Assembly: GCA_934525675.1 (NCBI GenBank)
Contig: CAKSZH010000010.1
Span: 2,824-66,823 of the forward strand
DNA length: 64,000 bases
DNA from: an uncultured Eubacteriales bacterium
GTDB taxonomy: Bacteria; Bacillota; Clostridia; Oscillospirales; CAG-272
Reading direction: 5' to 3'
Part shown: in pieces, positions 58,078 through 64,000 of the stretch
Position numbering within the stretch: the first letter of the stretch is position 1
Layout of the letters: each line of letters opens with the position of its first letter
The notes under the pieces: model-generated
Database searches by the model: none
Told to the model about the DNA's origin: nothing
What the model saw: only the letters and a program-made list of their open reading frames with translations
Program-made: the position numbers and the translations under genes

Positions 58078-58551
58078 ATGGATCTCGGCGTTTTGTTCCT
58101 CGGGCTGATTTATCTGGTCGCGGGCATTGCGACAATGTGGTTCCTGAAGAAATCCGGTATGACGCTCGCCGCCATGGTCTATGCGGTTGCCTTTGCGGTT
58201 CTTGCTCTCTACATTCCCGTTGCTGCCGGCTGTAACCTGATGGTCCGGCTGGTGCAGCTTTTTGCAGACTCTTCGACCGCAACCTATTTCGCGGAGTTCA
58301 TCAACGAGCCGCTCGGAATGCTGAATTCCTATGTCACCGTTTCCTATGTGGCGGCACTGGCACTCTCCCTGTTTGTAACGTTTTCAACGGTATTTCTGGC
58401 GATCAAGGTCGTCGGAGTCGTTCGTCGTTTCTTTTGCCGCGAACCCGCGACCTTCTCCGGGAGAGGGAAGCGTAAAACGGAATCCTTTGCGAAGCGTTCG
58501 CTTTATACAAGCGTTCCGTTTCGCTATGTGTTCTGCAGATATAATTGTTGA
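58078..58551 (+). CDS. hypothetical membrane protein
   Basis: Four hydrophobic segments followed by a basic C-terminal tail. ATG 58078 follows ggagaggagag. No family recognised. Confidence 0.5.
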   Translation: MDLGVLFLGLIYLVAGIATMWFLKKSGMTLAAMVYAVAFAVLALYIPVAAGCNLMVRLVQLFADSSTATYFAEFINEPLGMLNSYVTVSYVAALALSLFVTFSTVFLAIKVVGVVRRFFCREPATFSGRGKRKTESFAKRSLYTSVPFRYVFCRYNC

Positions 58552-58765
58552 TCCGAAGCGCATCAACGCCTGACGGCATTCCGGGAATCACGGAGTGTCT
58601 TGTTTTGCCGCGGTCATGACCGATGACCGGGTTTTGGCGGTATGCGTTTTTTGTGCGTCCGGATTTTCCGCGGTACTCCCGACAGGGGACAGACAGAAAG
58701 CGGAACGCGCAAGCAAAGGTCAAAGTTATATTCAAAAAACACAGAAATAAGGAGATTATTATCCT

Positions 58766-60343
58766 ATGCTGAATCGCAAAAAGCACGGCTTTACCGTGGT
58801 AGAGCTTGTCATCGTGATCGCAGTGATCGCAATTCTTGCGGCAGTGCTGATCCCCACCTTTATCGGAATCGTCAACAGCGCGAAGATGTCCGCTGACACC
58901 ACGCTCATCCGCAATCTGAACACCGCCCTGAAAATGGATAAGCCGAACGAAAAGCACGTGAATATGTCCGAAGCACTGGCGGCTGTTGAGAAAAATGGCT
59001 ATGATGTCGGAAAAATCAACGCCTCCAAGACCGGCAATGAGATCCTTTGGGACAGCGTGAACGACTGTTTCGTTTACCTCAAGAAGAATACGGATGGCAG
59101 TGAAGAACTGATTTACGCTCCGGAAAACAAAAATCCGGAGAAAGCCGAAAAGTATCAGTACTGGGTCATCGCAAGCGAGCCGAGCACAACCTATTCGACG
59201 TATCTGAACAGTGAATATACCGCCGCTACCGTAACCGTTCCCGACGGTGTCGGTCTGGATGTCGGTGCCGCTCCCAATGTTACCGAAGTTACATACAGCA
59301 GTGAATCGGGTAACACCGTTGTGCTTTATACCCATGGCGGAGCGATGACCGTCAACGCTGCCAACGCAACCGTTCACCACTACGGCGAAGCGGAGCAGGC
59401 TACCATCACCGCAGTCAAGAATGAATCCTATCACGAATTCGGTGTGGTTACTATTCTTAAGATCGAAGCAGGTCGTGTCGTTGTGGAGAACTCCGCAACC
59501 GTTTCTGCTCTGATTGCAACTTCCGACACCGTCAAGGTGGAAGTCCCGAAGGATTCCAAGACCGCTGTTTTCGCACCCGAAGGCACCGATGTCGGTGAAG
59601 CAACAATCAAGGGCGATCCCAATGACATGAAGGCATCCGGTATCGGTTCCGGCACCAAAGACGATCCTTTCCTGATCGCAACTCCCGAACAGGCGCTGGA
59701 TATGGAGAATATGAAGAATTCGAAGGGCTTCTTCAAGCTCGTTGCGGACATTGTCGTGCCGGATGAGATCTATCTTGCCGGTAAGACCTATACCATCGAC
59801 CTGAACGGTCACAGCCTCAAGCTGGTATATGGTGAGGGCGTGAAGCCGAACAACGGTTCGGTTCTGTATATCGGCGGTAAGAAAGGAAATTTGACCATCA
59901 ACGACAGCAGTGAGGCCCAGACAGGCGCAGTGATCGGTTCTGATAAAACCTATCCCAATAAGGTCACAAGTGCGGTGCGCGCCGGTAACTATGGCAAACT
60001 GACTATCAACGGCGGACATTTTTACGGTATGTCGGAGGGCACTTCCTGCATATTTGTATATACGAATATGTCTTCCAGTTCCAAGGCAACGGTAGTAATC
60101 AACGGCGGTACTTTTGAAACCGCTTCGCCGAGTAATGGTACTTATTTTGTTCTGAACCATCAGGATAGTGCAACCGGTGGCTGCACAATCACCGTCAACG
60201 GCGGCAGATTCAAGAACTACAATCCCGGTGTTACCGTAGTCGATCCCGTTAATGCCAAAACCGGCAAAATCGTTCTTGGCGCAGGTTGCACCACAAACGA
60301 AGAAAAGGACGGCTCCGACACCTGGTATGTCGTTTCCAAATAA
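58766..60343 (+). CDS. prepilin-type N-terminal cleavage/methylation domain protein with large beta-helix-like C-terminal domain
   Basis: Class III signal MLNRKKHG|FTVVELVIVIAVIAILAAVLIP (Gly-1, Glu+5). The C-terminal part has repeated ..G.LTINGG.F.. / VVINGGTF / ITVNGGRF turns. aaggag RBS. Confidence 0.75.
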   Translation: MLNRKKHGFTVVELVIVIAVIAILAAVLIPTFIGIVNSAKMSADTTLIRNLNTALKMDKPNEKHVNMSEALAAVEKNGYDVGKINASKTGNEILWDSVNDCFVYLKKNTDGSEELIYAPENKNPEKAEKYQYWVIASEPSTTYSTYLNSEYTAATVTVPDGVGLDVGAAPNVTEVTYSSESGNTVVLYTHGGAMTVNAANATVHHYGEAEQATITAVKNESYHEFGVVTILKIEAGRVVVENSATVSALIATSDTVKVEVPKDSKTAVFAPEGTDVGEATIKGDPNDMKASGIGSGTKDDPFLIATPEQALDMENMKNSKGFFKLVADIVVPDEIYLAGKTYTIDLNGHSLKLVYGEGVKPNNGSVLYIGGKKGNLTINDSSEAQTGAVIGSDKTYPNKVTSAVRAGNYGKLTINGGHFYGMSEGTSCIFVYTNMSSSSKATVVINGGTFETASPSNGTYFVLNHQDSATGGCTITVNGGRFKNYNPGVTVVDPVNAKTGKIVLGAGCTTNEEKDGSDTWYVVSK

Positions 60344-60393
60344 GCCGGACCTTTGCTGAAACAAGCATTGACTGTGTGAAAACACCGTCAGTC

Positions 60394-60432
60394 AAAAATC
60401 CCCCGTGGAGTTCATCTCCACGGGGGATTTTT
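60394..60432. terminator. bidirectional terminator between convergent pilin-like gene and gluQ
   Basis: aaaaatcccccgtggag-ttcat-ctccacgggggattttt. Confidence 0.85.
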
Positions 60433-60485
60433 CTCTGTTATGTTCCTGTCCGCCGGGCGAAGTCTGCAAGCAAGACAGGGCGCTG

Positions 60486-61403
60486 TTACATCCTTACGTC
60501 GTCCCGCGGTATCTTCCTCCAGTCAAATTCCGGGAGCAGTTCGTGAAGTGTCAGCGGCTCGGGGCGGTCAATGAGATTCACTGCGCACGCAAGCTGCCCG
60601 ATGAGCGCCTCCGGCGTGCCGTAGCGTTCCCGCAGGGCGCCGGCATCCGTGTCGCCGTCGCGCTTGGACAGCCGTTTCCCATCGGGGGAGAGCAGGAGCG
60701 GAATGTGGTAAAACTTCGGGACAGGAAAGCCGAACATCCGGTACAGCCAGATCTGCCGCGGGGTGGAGGAGAGCAGATCCCTGCCGCGCACCACTTCGCT
60801 GACGTGTGATAAACCGTCGTCCACGACGACGGCAAGCTGATAAGCGTACACGCCGTCCGCGCGCCTGACCACAAAATCCGTGCAGTCACGTGCGAGGTTT
60901 TCCCGATAGTTTCCCTGTACGCCGTCCGAAAACGCAATGTCCGTGTCCGGTACCATCACGCGGTATGCGGGGGCACGGTCGGAGTCCGGCTTTTGCCCCG
61001 AAAGAAAGAGCTTCCGGCACCTCCCGTCATAGAGCACCTGCCCGTCGCTTCCGTGCGGTGCGGTGGCGGCATGGAGCGCGGCGCGGGAGCAATAGCAGGG
61101 ATAGATCAGCCCCGCGTCGCAAAGCCGTTTGTAATAGGTTTCGTAAACAGGGAAGCGATTTGACTGAAAGCTGTCACGGTCGCCGCCGCGGTCCCAGTCG
61201 ATCCCGAACCACGAGAGGTCTTCCATGAGAATACGGCTGTTGTCGCCGAACCGGCAGCGTTCCTCGTCGAGGTCTTCAATGCGGAGAACGAATTCGCCGC
61301 CCTGCTTCCTTGCCGAGAGCCACGCGAGCATCGCGGTGAGCAGATTCCCGGCGTGCATTCTGCCGGACGGGGTGGGGGCAAATCTGCCGACAACCTGACT
61401 CAT
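60486..61403 (-). CDS. gluQ: tRNA glutamyl-Q(34) synthetase (GluQRS)
   Basis: Truncated GluRS catalytic domain (~305 aa) with HIGH-like FAPTPSGRMHAGN and KMSKS-like RLSKRD, and no anticodon-binding domain. ATG 61403 is in frame with ORF 60486..61490. Confidence 0.85.
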   Translation of the reverse strand: MSQVVGRFAPTPSGRMHAGNLLTAMLAWLSARKQGGEFVLRIEDLDEERCRFGDNSRILMEDLSWFGIDWDRGGDRDSFQSNRFPVYETYYKRLCDAGLIYPCYCSRAALHAATAPHGSDGQVLYDGRCRKLFLSGQKPDSDRAPAYRVMVPDTDIAFSDGVQGNYRENLARDCTDFVVRRADGVYAYQLAVVVDDGLSHVSEVVRGRDLLSSTPRQIWLYRMFGFPVPKFYHIPLLLSPDGKRLSKRDGDTDAGALRERYGTPEALIGQLACAVNLIDRPEPLTLHELLPEFDWRKIPRDDVRM

Positions 61404-61553
61404 AGGATTCCTTTCCGCGGTACCGGGCAAAGATTCAGGGTACTGCATTTTGGGGTGATGTTCGGGAGGGATATTTCCCGGGTACCGCATATTACGGGTG
61501 ATACCGGGGCTGTATTCTTAAGGACTTTCCGGGAGGCGGTCGTTCTGCGAAGC

Positions 61554-63008
61554 TCAGAACCTCACTTCCGCGTTTCTGTCAACGGCGCCCGCGTTCTTCC
61601 CGTGTGCGATGACGTGCATCGGGCAGACGTCCGCGCACGCGCCGCAGCTGGTACACTTGTCGTAGTCGATCACGGCGAGGTTGTTGACCACGTGAATGGC
61701 ATCCGCAATGCAGGCGCTCTCGCACTTCCTGCACCCGATACAGCCGTTGCGGCACGCCTTGCGCGTCAGTACGCCTTTTTCGTGATTGGAGCACTCTACC
61801 TTGACGTAGGAAACGTCGGGGAAGAGCGAAATGATGTGGCGGGGACAGGTCTTGACGCACAGCCCGCAGCCGATGCAGTCCGCCGGGTTGATCTCGGCGA
61901 TCCCGTCGTGGCAGGTGATGGCGTTTTTGGGGCAGACGGCGGCACAGTCGCCGAAGCCGAGACAGCCCTCGGTACAGATGCCGGGTCCACCGTAAAGTCC
62001 CGCTGCGGCGGCGCAGGAGGGAATACCGACATAATTGTGCTTGTCGCCCGCCGCGTCGCAGGTGCCCTTGCAATGGACAACAGCGACCTGCTCGACCACG
62101 TCCTCGAATCTGACTCCGAGCAGATTTGCAATGCTTTTGGCTGCCGCATCGGCACCGGGTGTACAGAGATTGGTTTTTGTGCCGGGAACCGTCGCAAGCG
62201 CGTGTGCGTATCCGTCACAGCCGGAGAAGCCGCAGGAGCCGCAGTTGGCACCGGGGAGGCAGTCGCGGATTTTTTCCTCGGTTTCGTCCATGGGGACGTC
62301 GAATTTGGTCGAAGCGACCGCGAGAATGATCCCGCAGAGAAGTCCGAGTACCGTCACAACGAGGACGGCAAGCAGAATGTTTTTGGGGGACGCTTCGGCA
62401 CCCGAGATGTGGGAGAAGTTGCCCGTGTACGCGTCCGCGATCCCGCCGAAACCGAGAAACGCAAGCGACACAATGGACGCGGCGACCAGCGTCAGGGGAA
62501 GTCCGCGGAAGGCGCGGGGCGGGTTTGCCTCCTCCATCCGGGAGCGTACTCCGGAGAAGAGCAGCATGGCAAGCAGGAATCCGACGCCCGCACCGAACGA
62601 CGCGACCATCGCCTCTGCAAAGTTGTAGCCGCCGGAAATGACATCAATGGTGATGCCGAGCACGGCGCAGTTGGTCGTGATGAGCGGCAGATAAACGCCG
62701 AGCGCACGGTGCAGGGAGGGCAGGAATTTCTTCAGCACAATCTCCACAAACTGCACAAGCGTGGCGATCACGAGGATGAAGACAACGGTCTGGAGATATC
62801 CGAGTCCGTTCGGGTCAAGCAGATAGGACTGGATGGGCCAGGTCGCAAGCGTGGAAAGTACCATGACGAAGATGACGGCAAGCCCCATGCCGAGCGCCTG
62901 GTCGATCTTTTTGGAGACGCCGAGGAAGGGACAGATGCCGATGGTCTGCGCAAGGACGTAGTTGTTGACGAGAACGGTGGAAAGCAGAATCAGAAGAAAG
63001 ATATTCAT
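61554..63008 (-). CDS. rnfAB: Rnf electron-transport complex fused subunit RnfA-RnfB
   Basis: aa 1 to ~192 are RnfA-like (GICPFLGVS, LPLITTNCAVLG). An ~18-aa linker follows, then an RnfB-like TM helix, CLPGANCGSCGFSGCDGYA and multiple CxxCxxCxxxCP ferredoxin motifs. It is one uninterrupted 484-codon ORF. Confidence 0.85.
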   Translation of the reverse strand: MNIFLLILLSTVLVNNYVLAQTIGICPFLGVSKKIDQALGMGLAVIFVMVLSTLATWPIQSYLLDPNGLGYLQTVVFILVIATLVQFVEIVLKKFLPSLHRALGVYLPLITTNCAVLGITIDVISGGYNFAEAMVASFGAGVGFLLAMLLFSGVRSRMEEANPPRAFRGLPLTLVAASIVSLAFLGFGGIADAYTGNFSHISGAEASPKNILLAVLVVTVLGLLCGIILAVASTKFDVPMDETEEKIRDCLPGANCGSCGFSGCDGYAHALATVPGTKTNLCTPGADAAAKSIANLLGVRFEDVVEQVAVVHCKGTCDAAGDKHNYVGIPSCAAAAGLYGGPGICTEGCLGFGDCAAVCPKNAITCHDGIAEINPADCIGCGLCVKTCPRHIISLFPDVSYVKVECSNHEKGVLTRKACRNGCIGCRKCESACIADAIHVVNNLAVIDYDKCTSCGACADVCPMHVIAHGKNAGAVDRNAEVRF

Positions 63009-63703
63009 GCCGATTTGCCCTCCTTGTCACAGCTTTCATTCCGGAGCGAGCAGGCGGCGGCAGACGGGCAACCCGCACAGCCGAATTCCTGCTTTTTCAC
63101 GCCCTTTCCCTTGGTCAGGCGGTTGACAAGCGCGATGAGGCAACCGAACACGAAGAATCCGCCGGGCGCAAACAGAAGAACGCCGATGGTGAAATCCGAT
63201 ATGCCGGGAATCTCTATGTTGAAGAAGGTTCCGCCGCCGAGCACCTCGCGGACAAGTCCCATGCAAAGGAGCGCGAAGGTGAAGCCGAGTCCCATGCCGA
63301 TGCCGTCCAGTGCGGAATCGAGGACCGTGTTGTTGCGGGCGAACATTTCGGCTCTGCCGAGAATGATGCAGTTGACCACGAGCAGGTCGAGATAGACACC
63401 GAGCAGGTTGTAGATTTCGGGTACATACGCGTTCATGACCATTTTGACGAGCGTGACGAACGCGGCGATAATGACAATGTAGCAGGGAATCCGCACCTTG
63501 TCGGGAATCACCCGGCGGAGCGCGGAGATGACGACGTTGGAGCAAAGCAGAACGCAGGTTGCGGCAAGCCCCATGCTGAGTGAGCCGACGAGGCTTCCCG
63601 TGACCGCAAGCGTCGGGCAGGTGCCGAGCACCAGTGCAAGCACGGGGTTTTCCTTGATCAGCCCTTTGGTAAATTGCCTGACGTGTGATATCTTTTCCGC
63701 CAT
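63005..63703 (-). CDS. rnfE: Rnf complex subunit RnfE with Cys-rich C-terminal tail
   Basis: NPVLALVLGTCPTLAVT and LLVVNCIILGRAE motifs. Stop overlaps the rnfAB start (ATGA). Tail sequence is GCAGCPSAAACSLRNESC. Confidence 0.9.
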   Translation of the reverse strand: MAEKISHVRQFTKGLIKENPVLALVLGTCPTLAVTGSLVGSLSMGLAATCVLLCSNVVISALRRVIPDKVRIPCYIVIIAAFVTLVKMVMNAYVPEIYNLLGVYLDLLVVNCIILGRAEMFARNNTVLDSALDGIGMGLGFTFALLCMGLVREVLGGGTFFNIEIPGISDFTIGVLLFAPGGFFVFGCLIALVNRLTKGKGVKKQEFGCAGCPSAAACSLRNESCDKEGKSA

Positions 63704-64000
63704 CAGTTTTCACCTCCCGTCAGAATTCCGAAGGCGTTCAGCGCGTCGGATACCGCATTCCGGTACGCCTCGGAGGTCTTGGTTGCGCCGGCAATGCCGT
63801 CCACCTGTCCGAGCTGCCCCCCGGCAAGCCCGATGTATTGTTCCCGGTACGCGTCCCGGTCGGTCTTGCCGCCGAGCGACGGGGTTTCCGAGGAGGAAAC
63901 GGTTTTGGTGCCGGTGATCTTGCCGTCCTTGTCAACGCCGCACATGAGGACAAGCCCGGTCGCATATCCCTTGGTTTCCATCTGGAAGACGTAGGAAACC
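63703..64000 (-). CDS. rnfG: Rnf complex subunit RnfG (FMN-binding), C-terminal part only; continues beyond window
   Basis: The frame is open to base 64000 (..VSYVFQMETKGYATGLVLMCGVDKDGKITG...). The FMN attachment-type motif is GIAGATKTS. Its stop overlaps the rnfE ATG. Confidence 0.85.
   Translation of the reverse strand, partial: VSYVFQMETKGYATGLVLMCGVDKDGKITGTKTVSSSETPSLGGKTDRDAYREQYIGLAGGQLGQVDGIAGATKTSEAYRNAVSDALNAFGILTGGEN

Noticed and set aside
58403-60385. 660-aa minus-strand ORF opposite the pilin-like gene, and similar long antisense ORFs at 44968..47220(-), 54956..57064(-) and 61353..63395(+).
   Set aside because: They have no RBS or motifs and their composition mirrors that of the sense gene. 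The sense strands carry clear signatures (class III signal peptide, lipobox, DinB motifs, Rnf motifs).

Overview
This is a high-GC (roughly 58-60% by eye) Clostridia-type chromosomal segment. The assignment is an inference from spoIIGA-sigE, an Rnf cluster in C-D-G-E-A-B order, Gram-positive consensus promoters and two tRNAs. Coding density is about 90% and most genes are on the + strand. Nearly everything is core housekeeping: comM (partial), a CDF transporter, citrate synthase, miaB-ylbF-mutS-(SecB-like)-mutL-tgt, tldD/pmbA, thiI, aspS, uppP, spoIIGA-sigE, rpmE, hflX, dgt-dnaG-sigA, an M16 peptidase pair, lgt-folD-dac, dinB, gluQ and rnfG(partial)-E-A/B. I see no CRISPR array, transposase, integrase, phage gene, toxin-antitoxin pair or recognisable defence system, and I do not claim a novel multi-gene system here. 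The items worth a second look are small-scale: (1) tRNA-Leu(GAG) followed by two near-identical 130-bp repeats that each carry a copy of the tRNA 3' end and sit among terminator hairpins; (2) an in-frame RnfA-RnfB fusion and a Cys-rich tail on RnfE; (3) an orphan 525-aa prepilin-type protein with a beta-helix-like C-terminal domain; (4) a small unknown protein with an operator-like palindrome on a consensus promoter upstream of dinB, with three spaced motif copies further upstream; (5) a SecB-like ORF between mutS and mutL; (6) a textbook MerR-type 19-bp-spacer divergent promoter with an 18-bp perfect palindrome; (7) a perfect 30-bp in-frame tandem duplication at the uppP start. CDS starts were checked against the ORF track frames. 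Coordinates of non-coding features were counted by hand and may be off by 1-2 nt. All family calls rest on motif recognition by eye, not on database searches.
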